64,000 nt of DNA from Antedon mediterranea (Eukaryota; Animalia; Echinodermata). A program made the position numbers and the translations under genes. Positions 37,501 through 52,500 of the stretch are shown in pieces (the first letter of the stretch is position 1; each line of letters begins with the position of its first letter). The notes below the pieces were generated by a model. The model was given only the letters and a program-made list of their open reading frames with translations, made no database searches and was not told the origin of the DNA. The stretch is taken from positions 5,332,001 to 5,396,000 of the forward strand of contig NC_092680.1 in the NCBI RefSeq assembly GCF_964355755.1. The letters run 5' to 3'.

Positions 37501-40500
37501 TCAACATACAAATCACCCTTCACTCTTTCAAACTTTCTCACAGTACACTCTACCCTGTAGTAGACAAATTGTACGACATATTGTATCTGCCAAAACATGA
37601 TATCAATTTAGTATATGTCTAACAGTGCCACTCCTAAGATCTAGTTCATAAAACTATGATATGATATTACTACATTTGTATCAGTCTTGTAATAGATGAG
37701 GTAACAAAGTAGAGTAACTATGGTGTTGGATGAAAGATGAGACAAAAATCAAATTGTCATAATCAGCTTTACAGGTGGTCATATGATCAACATAACAGGT
37801 GCATGTTATTTTTGTCTGTGGTTTCTTGTTGACTGTGGTTTGTACCTTACTGGCTGAATCATATTCTCAAAATAACTTTCTTCTGTTTGGTATTCCTTTG
37901 TTATGAACAGGACAATTGTTACTTGATCTAAAATTCAAATCAATTGTCCAATCTGAACACTGTGCCCAATTCTCAATGACCACTGCCTACCTGGATAGAA
38001 CTTAATGTGTTAACCATGCCATTAAAAAGGTAAATGCTCTAGTGTTAAATCTTGGTAAAACTAACCCACCGAGTAATCCAAGTGTGAATAACAGTCAACA
38101 TGGTCAAATTAATGGGGTGAAAATTACCATTTTTAAAACTCCAATGTGAACAAGGCTTAAAGTAAGACTTTCAAAGTATGTTCAATTATGTATATAGTTC
38201 AAGTTATATGAAATAATGTGCTATTTATTACTATTGATTGGGTATTTTTTAGACAACAATGGTGATATCTAAACTTGTCATTCTCATTTGTTAGTGCTTG
38301 ATGAGGGAATTCTCTACATGAAACTGGAGATTCTTTTATTTGGCCTAATGATCCAATACATTGTCATAAGAAAGAATATAACTGAAGTGTTATACTGTTT
38401 CCTACCTGTACAACACTTCATGCACTACTTGAAAAGTTTTTTAGGATCAAGTAACTGTAATTGAAGTAGATATTCCCCAGGGAAGCTTTAGGTGCCTACA
38501 AGCATTCTAATCTTTGACACAATGTAAGTTTATTGAATAGGTTGTTAATATTAAATATACATGACCTGTTATTCACTTGGATTTATTTGTATCAACACAG
38601 ACATGCTTCCTTTAGGCAAGAGTTAACAATTAAACACAATGTAGCAATCTGTTGTATGCTTTGCCTAACTTTCAAGACTGAGTCTACAGACATTTTGTTT
38701 TTTGATACCTGCAATTATGAGTTTTCTGTAATATAGCTCTAGGGAACAGATAATAATTTGGCAAGAATGAGTTAAGGTGATCCATATGTTTGCATACTGA
38801 ATAGGGAATTGTATTTTGTGTTTAAATCAAGTTTATTATTTTCATAGGCCTACTTGCAACTTCAAAACCTTAACACTTAACAGTGAGAAATACTGTTAAA
38901 TCACAAGATTCTTGACTGTATTTAACTCTGAAAGAGAAATAAGTGTATAAACATAGCTATAAACATTGTATACACACATTCTATATGACATTTGTTTCAT
39001 ATACCTCCATAATTTGCATACTGACAAATGACAAATGCATGAATGATGTATATTGAAATATGGATGGCAGATGTGTTTGGCTTCAAGATCTAGGTCACAT
39101 ATTTTCAATGCTATTAATTTTAAACTTTAGAATATGGATTTTTTTCTTAATTGTTCATGCATTGTTTTATCATTTCTAGTAATTAAGGATATACTGTTTT
39201 ATTTCCATTTATTGAGAAAATTATTAACAGGTACCAAGTACTACTCTATTAATACAACTGAAATTTATACATTGAAATATTAAATATTGTTGCCATACAG
39301 TAAAATCTTTCTTTTATTTGGGCACACTTTTTATTGTCAAACTAGTTTAAAACCAAAGTTAATGTTCCTATTTATGTAAAACAGTGGTGGCGCTATTTAC
39401 ATTTTTCCCACATTTTGTGTGAGGACACAACTATTAATTTGTTATATAAAATGTTCATTTCTTTAGTCAATTTAATTCCTTGTAATTATGTTTTACATTA
39501 ATATATTTTTTTTGGTTTTTTTTCAGTGATTTACGTTTTAATAGAATAGATGCAATTCCACCGGGATCGTTCAGTAATCTACGAGATCTCAACACACTTT
39601 TACTAAGTAATAATGACATTCGTAAAATAAAAAATGGGGCATTTGATGGGTTGCACCAGTTACGTTACCTGTAAGTTTTTTTTATGATTTGTTTTTTGAA
39701 CTATGACATATTGTTCAAATACTGTAGGTAAAACTTCTTAAACCGAAGAGCGACCTATAACTTTTTAAAAGGAAAATTTAGTTGAATTAATTCAAACATA
39801 AGCTAGCTAGTTTTGAAATGTTCAATTATCCATTATGAAAAAAACTAATAGCAAAATGTAGTTTACTATAAAGTAGTGTGAATTTTTAGCCTTGTAAAAT
39901 ATTCTTTTGTACATATGAACCTGTATCCTCAGTATGTATAATTACAATAAATATATTATATATTAAACAAAAAACATATTTCTTTAAATATTTTGCACTT
40001 AGTTATTTATATAAGAATCGAATCTCAGAGGTGGAGAGTAAAGCATTTTCTGGTCTGCGGAATCTGGAGCAGCTTTACCTTTATTCTAACATGTTGGCCA
40101 CTATGCATACAAATACGTTCAATGACTTACCTGCGCTTGAAAGATTGTAAGTATATATTTTTTTCAAATAATTTTAAGAAAATTGAAAAATTTGTTTTAA
40201 AATTTAATTATTTCTACTTGGCGACCAAAAAATTAAGTTATTGGAAACAAATAAATCACATCAAAAAGTCGAGCAGTGTTTTTTTAAAAGAATTATTGTT
40301 TAATCTCAAATTCAAATCCATATTTTACTAGAAAATATGAACCGTCAGTATGTTTTTTTTTTCAAAACAAACTGAAGAAAATTGTATGAAAAAAAAACCA
40401 GTAAAACTGTAACTAAAAGTAAATATATTTCAATGTAAATAAATCAATAATGGTAATTATAAAATATGGAATTAATAGTTAAATGATTATCTTTAAATTG

Positions 40501-43500
40501 TGTTTTCTGATGAATTCATTTTTCATTACATTTTTAATTTTCATTTATAGTGTTTAGCTTTCCCAGTTTGTTCCCAGTTTGTTGTGTTTAATAACATTTG
40601 CTTGGGTGCTTAATTTTTTTTTTTTTTGGTTTAAGAAATGCTTTTATAATTTGCAAACTTGCTATTAACTCTCACCAAAAGCCATAGAGTTAGTTGTATA
40701 TCTTAAATCCACAAACAACATATAGAGCTAATCTTGCTGATTCTCTAGAGAGTTTGAAGAAACTTGACAGTACCATTTTTGTTCATTGCTGAAAATCCAA
40801 ATATTGCAGCAACAAACAAATTCTAAACTATGGAACATAAAGTTATTGGTTTCAGTATAAGTTACAATTTTGGTTCTGCAAACTTAAATACTGACATGGA
40901 AACCATTATGGCCATAATGCGTTGAATGGTTGTGTTCTGGATGGAGAACCATCTGGGAATCGGGACGGGTGCTGTATTATGCATATACCAGAGAGTGATG
41001 GTTTAATGATAATATCAGACTAGCATTTGATAGTGGGTTTGATCTGTGCCATACTGATTGCATCTGTAAGAAAGATGGATTACTCTCATTGCCTCGTCCT
41101 TCGGAAGGGATGTAAATATATATATAGCGCATGTTGAAGAACTTGGTACACTTTCTGAAACGAGTAGGGGATTGATTTCAACAACATTTAAAATTCACAA
41201 GCTTATTTCACCAAGGTGTTAACTTAGGTCTAAACTGTGTTTTACCACTGAAACAGTTGATTTCACGCCAATAGCATGCTTCACCATGCCAACAGTATTC
41301 TCGCTTCACAGCACTTGCTTTACTTGTTTTTATAATAACAATGTATTAGTAACTATACATAGATAAGTTAAACTTACAGAACTTTTTAACACTATTTTAA
41401 GCGTAGACTCTACAACTACAGTACATAAATTTAAGGTAATAGTTTTGTAGGCCCATACTGTAGTATACACAGAAGTCAACTAATGTAATTAAGTTACGGG
41501 AATGGATCTATTGATGTCTACAGCTCTTACTACATTAGGTATTTTAACTACCGTACAGAAACGTTCATCAAACTAAGTACATGATCAAAACAAAGAGGCT
41601 CTACAACAACACAATGATTTTTGCTAAAAGTGTCACATTATTTGGTGCTATTTTGTGTCATGGGAAAAACGTAACTAATTAGGAAATGGTACTGTAGATG
41701 AGTGGAAATTTCACATAAAGTCATAATACATTACCAACAATGGGGTCAGTAATCTTAGAATGTCGTGCAATATTTCCTTGCCTCCACTGGACACAAAAAT
41801 ATCAATTTAAATCAATTTGATATCTATCCAAAACAAAATTAAGGTTTATGTGAAAGGAACACCCTTCCTTCAAGGATTCTTCATGGATGTTTTCCAATGT
41901 TTTGGCATTATTAGTGTGATCTTTCTAGAACTAGCCCTATACATAACGTATACTAGTTCTGTACTTAACATTTAACTAATATTCTCAAATAGCCCTTGTG
42001 TTATGTATAATCTATAGTATCTAGTCCTTTGAAGGTATTTCCACATTGTCAACTATACGTGCCAAAAATAAAATTATATTATTAATAATAAATTTATATT
42101 TATTATTTAATTACAATTGTGTGCTTCAAAAAAATCAATATTGACAATCCATGGCAATATGCCTAAAATAAAATTATATATATATGATATTAAGAAAAAT
42201 GTTGATTATATTCTGCTACAAAACACTAACAACTGTTGTGTACAATTTGGTTAACTTGCTGATTATTCTCTTAATAAAGTTAGTAGGGGCAGATTCAGCC
42301 TGAGTATTAGCTTAGTATAACTATTGTTACACTAAAGAATAGAATGGAAACATGTGATTACTCCAAAATTAAGTGGACATTATAGACTTTTAATTCTATT
42401 TTAAGGTCATAACATGTTTAAATTCTATTAATTGGCTTGGTGAAAATCATATTGGTTATGGATATATGGATATTTAGGGCAGCCTAAGGGAACTAATAAA
42501 GGGTTTAATTTTTTTAACTCAAACATCACCAATGCTAGAATAATATTTTGAATGGATTTTAGAAACAAATGTTACCTAACTTTAATAAAAGTGTCTTATT
42601 TTGTTTAACTACTGTTTTTAATGTTTAATTTAATTTCTAATTTAAAAAAAAAAGCTAAAAATTACAGATAATGACAAATAATTTGACAGTTGCTAGTTAT
42701 CATAATAATATAATATTTTGAAGAATTCACTTTTGAAAATTGTAATTTGTTGGCATTAATTAACATTAAACAATAAAGAAAAAATTTTAAAGTATTTTCT
42801 TCTGTTATCATCAGGTTAATTTAAACTTTATCATCTTATTCATGTCATGATTCTAATTCTCTATTGTGTAACCATATAAATCAGTGTTTGGTATCGTGAG
42901 TTTGATCTTTTTCTCCTCCTCGCTTTTAAAAAGGTTTCTTAATAACAACAACATTTCCCATATTCCACTTGGTACATTCACGGAACTTCGGAATCTTAAA
43001 CGATTGTAAGTTTTCATTCATTTTTATTTAAATCATTGTTTATTTCATAATTTCATTTTTCGTTTTTGCCCGATTCATCATGTTTACGCATGTACATCCT
43101 CATTTATGCATGTTAAAAATAACATCAACTTTTTGACCGATTTTAATTTTTGATATTATAATTATGATATACAGTAGGCTTATTATGTTATTATGTATAT
43201 AACCTATAGTGCAAAACTTTAACATTTTCAGTGATATTTTAAGGCAACTTTAGGGAATTTAATTGTTAAAACACCAACATTGTATTTTATTTTTTATTAA
43301 AAATAAAAACGCTCTGTCTATACTATCAAACTTTATGTGACAAAAAAAATGTGATGTGCCCATGGACATGATGATGTCATATCACTACCATATTTGGGCA
43401 CATAACACTTCGTTTGTGTCAATCTTTGAGTTTGATAGTGTAGACAGCTTAAGAACATATATTTATTTTATCAAATGAAAAGTAATTAATATTACATAAT

Positions 43501-46500
43501 AATTACCATTTACAGTTAGGTTACTGTATTTCAGAGAGTTTTACAGAAATGTTTAGAGATTTTGGGCACAAGTATAGTACCTTTTAGTAACTCAATTTGG
43601 AAGTCATTACTTTGGCATCTTAATGAATTTTTAGCTGATACCATTTTAGTTTATTTTATTTTGTACAAAATAACAAACTTATCTGTGAATAAATTCATTA
43701 TTTTTTTAAAAAATGTATGAAAAACCAATATCTTTGAATACCAGTAAGTACTCTCTACTAAGTACAATAGTACTTAAAAGCACACTCTAATAGAGATTTA
43801 TTTTATTAAGTACACTCTACATGCTCAATAAGCTAAGTACTTTCTCAATAAAGCACTTTTGTCAATATCACTTTGCTCAAATAGCACTTTCTTAAAAGTA
43901 CTTATTTCAACAAGTTTACTTTAAATAAACTAAAAAAGTACTCACAAAATAACTGTTACTATGTCTGCATACATTATTTTAATTTAAAAAATGATTTTCT
44001 TGCCTTGCCTGCTTGTATTATCTTTTGTCAAATTACGCTTTTAGCAGCTTGTTCTAAGTAAATGTAGATAATTATGCACCTGTTACTTTGTAGACAATGT
44101 GAATTATAGAATTATGTATTTGTTGTTGATGATGCAATTGCATGTTGATATTTATTATATTTAAATTAAATGCATCATGTTTAATTTAGAACCTTCATTT
44201 ATAGCTTTGTATTTGTGTATTGTATTTTTCCGTGCTGTTTAAAAAAAAATATATATATATATATGGCATCTTGAAATTTACTATACATATTAAATTATTT
44301 GCATATTATTTTATATTTTAATTAAATGTATTCTATTTTATATGAATGTATAATAAATATAAATACACTACAGTTTACTACTTTATTTAATTCTTCTCAT
44401 TATATTAAAATTAGCATTAATGTATTATACTGATGTACTGTACATCATCGGAATGTACTGTAGTGGCATTACTTATGCAAATGGTTGTTATACTGATTTT
44501 TACATCCTATAATTTTTGTTTTTAATTATTCAGTGTAAGATAAAATGATAATATTATAAATGAACAATAGAGGTATAAAAATATATTATTTTAAGACCTA
44601 GTTGACTAATCATCATTGATTAATCATCAGATTATTTAATGATATAAAATCAATTATAGGATATTTAGTACTGACCATGATTTGGGGGATTTCAAATGGT
44701 TTGAAATAAAATATAGATCATTATTTATTTTACAAATTCTTTTTTAGTTAAAATTAATATATTTTATATTACATACTTTAGTTTTGCCATACTCTACCTT
44801 AAAGAACCAATTACATCAGAAAGTAAACATTTGACCAACCAACTTAGCTCCCTGATGCAAAGCTACCATACTCCACACATACAGTAGTACTATGAGTTAT
44901 GCAATTAATCTATATCATCCTGTTTATTTTATTTTATACAATATGTCTATCTTTATAAACACAATTTTTCTGTAGGCCTACAACATATTTCATATCTGGA
45001 ATTCACTTAACCCATTTGCACTTTGTAATTAGTGATTCACTTTTCTTTTTAATTCTATTAGACGTTTGGATTCCAACCGATTAGTTTGCGATTGTAAAAT
45101 GATGTGGTTAGTTCAGATGTTACAAGAAGCTGGTCGGTATGGACACACACAATCGGCGGCGGCGTGCGAATACCCTAAAGAATTACGAGGCAAAAACCTC
45201 ATCTCACTGACTCCGATACAAATGAATTGCCGTAAGTCCTGTTAAAATAACATGTAATCCTTATAGACAAGTGTATACCTAAATATTTAAAGTAGGATAA
45301 TTGTAGATGATAATTTGATAATCAAGTCTGCAAATGGTAGGTTTATAGACTTTTACTAAGACTCTTTGACTCCAAACATTGGTATTAGTCTACTGTACAA
45401 AAGTTCAGTTTAATTTTTATAGCTTTATAAAATGTTGTTGAAAGGTTTGTATGGAGAATGATCAATAGTACAGTTAGGTTTGCCGTACACCATGTGATGC
45501 CAATACGAAATAAAGTATGTTTTGATTTGGTTTCGGTTGTTAAGATCTGTCTACACTATCAAACTAGTTTGACAATTGTGAGGTTTCCAAATATCGTAGT
45601 CATATACTTAAATATGGTAGCGATATGACATCATCATGTCCATAATGGGCACACCACATTTGTCTAAAGATACATAAAGTTTGATAGTGTAGACAGAGCT
45701 TTATGCTACAAACGTCTTCTGAAGAATGCAGTAAGTAATGATAAGTCAAATATAGTAGCACCATCTAGCGTCACACATATAGACTGTCAAGGCATGAACC
45801 GAACTAGACTACGCTTATTAGTTTACACTAAAGCTCTGTCTACACTATCAAACTAGTTTGACAAAAAAGTGTGCCCAAATATGGTAGTGATATGCCCAAA
45901 TATGGCAGTGATATGACATCGTCATCATGGACACATCAAATTCTTTTGTCACATAAAGTGTGATATTGTAGACAGAGCTTAAAGACAAATCAAGTACAGC
46001 CGAAAAAAATGTTCTCAATTCTTTGAGATGTTAGGGTACTCAAAATAAGCACAGGAAAATCAATGTTTATATTCTAAAAGCTATATTTGTTATTACTTTG
46101 TATAATACTTTAAACTCAATCGAAATAGCAAAACATGTTCTAATTCTTATTTATTTGAAATTGAAAGTTATTTTAATGTATAAAGATATGCAACAAGCAT
46201 TGTTTTAAAACATACATATAGAGTGAGACAGGTTTTAGTTCTTTTGTCTGCAAACAAACCTCATGGGTTGTATGTTATTAAATTGAAATATGACAGTGTT
46301 CTATTTTCATCAGGTTTCAATTTAATAGCAACACTGGGATTTAATTTGTATTTAATAATTTTATGAGTTGTCAATGAAAAACAGCTAATCTTCCCTTTCT
46401 TAATTTTAATGTGTAATATTATTTTTTCTATTGTTATGAAAATGTATTTGTATTTCTTCAAATACAATGTGTTCTGTATTATTTTTTACAGTCAGTACTG

Positions 46501-49500
46501 TATCTAAATTTGTCAAATATCATAGGTAAATTTGGCTATATAGCATCTCATGTGTTTCAAGTGATTATTGTATCATAGACTGTAACCTACAGTATACCCT
46601 ATATCTAACCTTCCTTGATACAGGCACCACACGTGATACACATGAAATGCTGTATTGCAGAATTGGCTTTTGATGCTGGACAAACGTCACTACTGTATGT
46701 GGAGATGCAGTGCTAAGTATCTGGTGGTTCATGTTTTTAGGCCTTTTTTATTCCTTTCCAAAATAACTACAATCCTGGTCATTAGTACTTGTTTAATTAA
46801 AAATATATCGGTAAAGTAGCGAACCCAACTTAACAAATAAACACCTCACTAAAACCTTGATTTTCTTTAATAGCGACTCGAGACACGATACTGAACATAT
46901 TATCCACACATTTAGAATATAGTCGCTATCCCTTTTGTAAAGCAGACCCCTACAATGTTTCCCATGTTAGTCTACAGATGGGCGCAACCTGTGTCCACTC
47001 TGGATAGATAAGAGAACTGAACGTTGGGTCAACTTACTGGTCACCGCTTTAGAAATAACATTGAACATTTTGGTAACATGTGTTGTTTAATGCACAAGGT
47101 CTGAAAACTGAGTTTAAAATACACTTTTATTTTTTTAAGAACGTAGGACTCGGCTTTTAGTATAATATAGGTAGAATTAAAATAAAATAAATGAGGAAGG
47201 CATGCTTTGTTGGTATATACTACAGTGTAGCTGTTATTCTGTAAACAACATTAATTGAAAATTTGACAAATTGTGAAGAATTCAAGTAAAAAAACATACA
47301 TACATTGCTGCTTTATTTTGCTGTTTAAGATTTTATTTGTATCTGAATTGAGATCCTGCCACTGATACCCACAGCATTGTCTTGTTTTTGACTTTGTACA
47401 AAATATAGTATTTACATACAAAACAATTTAAATGACATAATTCGTAAATACTGTACGTATTAAGAGAATTTGTGCTTTGGATCAAAGCACAAATGATGCA
47501 CATGTACTAACAACAGGAATGAAAATCATTTTAATCTCTATTTCTAAAGAATAAAGAACAATTTGAAATCAAATTATAAAAAGCTTCTTTTGAAAAACAA
47601 CTGGGACGTTGTTAGGTCTTAAGTGGATTGACAATTATCTGTACATAACTTCAATCCTCGATTACAATTAGGATACGTTGGCCGCTTTTCAGATTTCAAT
47701 CAGCAGAAAATAATGCCTCTTTGCAGTGAATAGATTAAGGACACAGTACTACTTTTTATACTTGTTGAACAGTGCACATATAAATGTACTGTTTTAACAT
47801 ACAGTTATGTTTTCTCTCCCAAGATAGTGTTAATATGGTGACCATAAATATAATTGTTGATGATATCAACTTATGAGATTAGAAACATTCCTTTTTACCA
47901 ATGGGAGATAACATAGTAGTTCAATTTAAGTTTATACTTTGACAGTTAGGTCTAGGCCTATTGGTTGCTGAACATTAGTAAGGTGTGAGAGTGAACATTT
48001 AACCCTTAGATTATAAGTCTATGCTTGCTACTTAGATTATAGTGTTGGAATAGTCATCTAGTTTTTTTTTGCGTCTTTGGACTTTTTCCGAACTGTTATG
48101 TCTAATGTTATGACAGTGTTAACTATAAAAATAGGTACATGTCTCCTGACAGTGTCTCGTAAGGCTTGTTTCTACAGAGCAGGAGATTACGGATTTAAAT
48201 TATACCATATTTTTCCAGAAGTGAGTCCACATAAAAATAACCGATTTTAAACTCTAATTGGTTCCAGTCTTAATCATTAAAGAGCAATTTTTAGGAAAGC
48301 ATGATTATACAAATGTGTAAATCTCTGTCTACACAATCAAACTACTTTGATTGTGTAAATCTCTGTTTACACAATCAAACTACTTTGACAAAGAAAGTAT
48401 GATGTGCCCAAATATGATAATTGATATGCTTAAATATGGCAATGATATGACATCATGTCCATATATGGGCACATCACATTTATTTGTCACAAAGTTTAAT
48501 AGTGGACAGTGTCTACTACTATAATGAAAAGAATAACTAATAATAATATTGTTGTGATTTTGCTTTTCTTTTCTCTTCCAGAGAGACCTCATTTTGTGTT
48601 AGAACCTACGGATGTTGAAGTTTCTCAGGGAAAAAGTGTTTACTTTACTTGTCGTGCTACAGGTGATCCTGAGCCCAGTATTACATGGCTTAGAAACAAG
48701 TAAGTAATAATAATATGATAATAACTTTAAAAATCTAATAGAAACTAAATTACTTAATGATGAATATGTCTATGATAAACTAAATTATTCTTTGAATAAG
48801 TTGGTTTAAAATACTTAATGAAAAAATAAATAATAAATACGATAATTTAATATTACAATATTCATTTAAAGGATGTTTAATGAAATGTTGAAAGTTTATA
48901 TAGAATTTATTTATTCAACTTCTCACTAAGAACTTATTAGTAAATTGGATAGGACCAATAAACACCTATAAAACGGTCCAATCCAAATTTCACAAAGAGC
49001 CCAGTTATGAACAGTGGCTGTGTGTACTATATAGTGTACTAAGTATTTTGATCAGATACAATTCATGAACTATGGTAACAAAAATGAATACCACAATGCT
49101 TCATTAAATTATGATGGGTAAAATAGTGTTACTTTTGTAATTATAGCAACAGTATAAATTGTAAAAACTGTATTTCTATCAAGCGAGATTTACGCACTAG
49201 TTTCATTCTATCAATCATCTTTGATAAACCTCTATAATATTTTGATCTCTCAATCTGAAGCCTGTCTTATAGCAATTATCATACTTAGTCTTTGTTAATG
49301 CTTATAATCTTGCTCTAATACACTGTACTTACTTTGTAATATCTAGTATGTTAAGGACGTTTTTATTGCTAGTACACATTCCAACCATGTTCCAACAAAT
49401 ACTCTACTTCATTTAGTCTTGTTTTCATGAATTAACAAAACACAACTTGAAACAAAAATAAGAAACAACTATGTTTTTGTTTATTAAAATTGGGTATTTT

Positions 49501-52500
49501 ACCTACAATACAGGCCCATTTAACAGTTTTTAGAACTTTTTAGAATAAAAAAAAAATTGATTTTAACTCTTTACTGTTTACACATTATTTAGATTCGTAA
49601 CAAATAAACGTGTAAATGTAAAAGATTTAAATCCAATTTAGCTGTGTTGTTTTCTTGGTGAACTTACATCCCTTTGGTTCACTTAACAGTAATTTATATT
49701 TATGTTTACTTTTTTGTTAAAGAAAACTTATTTTTGTTTGTTGTTTGTAATTAGATTTAAATTTTTAAAATAATTTAACTTTAAATCTTTTTAATTCAAT
49801 CAATACCTGATTCGGAAAATAAATTTTGTTTTTTAATGTTGTGAACAAAATTAGGCTTTAAATTAACGTCTATAGAGATAGCAAGTTTAACCGTCTCTTT
49901 AAAACACATTCATGTCTCATGCATGAAATGTTGCACTAAACAACCGTGACCTCTGACGACCTTTACAGCTGTGTCATTTTGTAACACAGGAAATAAAGCC
50001 TAATAACTACATTATTTCACAGTTGAGCGACGGTGCCTTTAGAGTGTCTGTATCCAGATATTTTATTAGAACTGAAACATTCGTGTTAATTTACAAGTTT
50101 ATTTTCACCAAAAGCAATTGGTTTGTTGTACACTGCCAAGGCTGTACTTCAAATGGTGTCATCTTTAATTTAGCGATCCCTTGAAATTCTATTTTCAATG
50201 ATATGTTTTTAATGCCTCTTCTTCCATGCCATGTTAAATCTTCCATTATAACTAATTGGTCTGTGAAGAAGAGTATGATTAAGGTTGCCTTTCATTTAAA
50301 TGATTTCCAAATAAGTACAAAAACTTTTATTTATTTATTAAAAACACATGTTGCTTCATTATGCTTAAAGTATCTAAATTAAAAAATAATAAATCTATCA
50401 ATTTTTTGTCTTCAAAAAAGTTAATGCAGCATAGTTAAATAAACAAGCTGTAAGCAAATAGCTGTCGTTTTGCATTGCCAACATAAAAGTTGTTGAGTGA
50501 TAATTTGTTAAAACTCACAACCGTTATTTTTAAATCATCATTTAACCAGCTGAACCAATCTCACGTTTGAATCCTCACTCAATTTTGTTTTACCAAATTC
50601 TAAAGCTCTGTCTACACTATCAAACTTTATGTGACAAAAAATGTGATGTGCCCAAATACTGTGGGCACATGATGATGTCATATCACTACCATATTTCGGC
50701 AACATCACACTTTTTTTGTCAAACTAGTTTGATAGTGTAGACAGATCTTAAAACAGGATTTATAAGCTTTTTCCAAGTTATTAAGGTTGATCAGGTTGAT
50801 AGTTCAAAATATCAACAAAAAACATTAAAAAAAATTCTCAGACAGACATTTCTGAAATCATTGTTGTGTTTAAAAACATTTATGTGTTTCCAACTAAAGT
50901 AGTTAACCAGCTGTGATTTATTGGAACGTTAAAGCTCTCTTTAACAGCTGACATGAAAGAATGTTGTTGCTACTAGTAACATGATCGAAGACACACATTA
51001 GGAACATAAGTGCAGAATTAAACTTGATTAACATTGGATGGATGTATTAAGAAATATTAGTATAATTTCATTTAATTCATTATTTATTTGGTCTTTTTTT
51101 GTATAATTGGGGAGACCAGGGTCAACTTAAGTGAACTAAATCACTGTGGCAGAGCTGGTTGACCTAGCCCAAATTCAGTTTACACCTTAAAACAAAACAA
51201 ACTACGGTAATGAAAGTTATCAAAAGGCAAAAAATAAATTCTTTTGCTTTGCATAAGCCATCCAATCATTAAACTTTACAACTAATTATGTTTTAAAATA
51301 ATTAATTAAACAATGGTTATCCTTATAATGTTAAAACAATTATAAAGCTCTGTCTACCCTACCAAACAATATGTGACAAAAATATATGATGTGTCCATAT
51401 ACAGTATGGATACGATAATGTCATATCACTACCATATTTAAGCATATCATTACCATATTTGGGCATATCACACTTTTTTTTGTCAAACTAGTTTGATAGT
51501 GTAGGCAGAGCTTATACTAAATCTGATTTCTTTTGTGGTGGCACTGTGACGTTCTTGCGTATAAATAAAGGTCTTTGGTTCAAATCCTGTGTCATGACTG
51601 TCATGGTTTATTGGGATCAAGTACATGTTTGAATATAATATTGTCTTTCTTTTCAATGTTGGGTTTATAAATCGTATTATAATAAAGTTAAAGTAGTAAA
51701 GAAACTGAAAGTAAAATTACATTGTTTTGAAGAGTTGAGATTGAAACCTCAATTGAACAACAGCCAGATGCCAAGTACACAATACTGACTGATGGGACGT
51801 TGATGATCTTGGATGCATCGGGAGAAGATGAAGGCGATTATGAATGTATGGCACGCAACGCTGTCGGAGAAGCTGTCACAAGAACTGCAAGTCTCAGCTA
51901 TTTTGGAGAACCAAGTATGTAGGCCTATAGCTTAAATCATGGTGTACAATTACTATGTGCCAGTATCAATTTACACTCAGTTTCATAGGCCTTCCATGTC
52001 CATGACTGTCAGAGAAAATTAAGCCTAACTTTGTCAACATACCAAGAAATATTTCTCTGTAGTTTATTTTATGCGCAAAAATTGAATGCCATTTATAAAA
52101 AATCAGTTGATTTTTTTTATCAATATAATTGTGTCTGTTTTTATGTTATTTTCAGAAGCCCCACAGTTTGTCAAGGAACCAGACAATATTGATATACGAG
52201 CTGGAGACAATGTTGAAATACAGTGTGCCGTCAGTGGTCATCCACGGCCAATCATTACATGGACAAAGAATGATAAACAAGTGGTAGAGGATAACCATAT
52301 TAGACTCCTGTCATCCGGATCTCTACACATATCAGAAGTTCAATTTGATGATCGTGGCATCTATGAGTGCTCTGCCACTAACCAAGAGGGCATTATTTCA
52401 ACTACTGCAGTACTCACTGTTTTTGGTAAGGATATGGATAGGAACAATTATTTGATAGGCCTAAAGCTTTGTCTACACTGTCAAACTTTATGTTGCAAAC

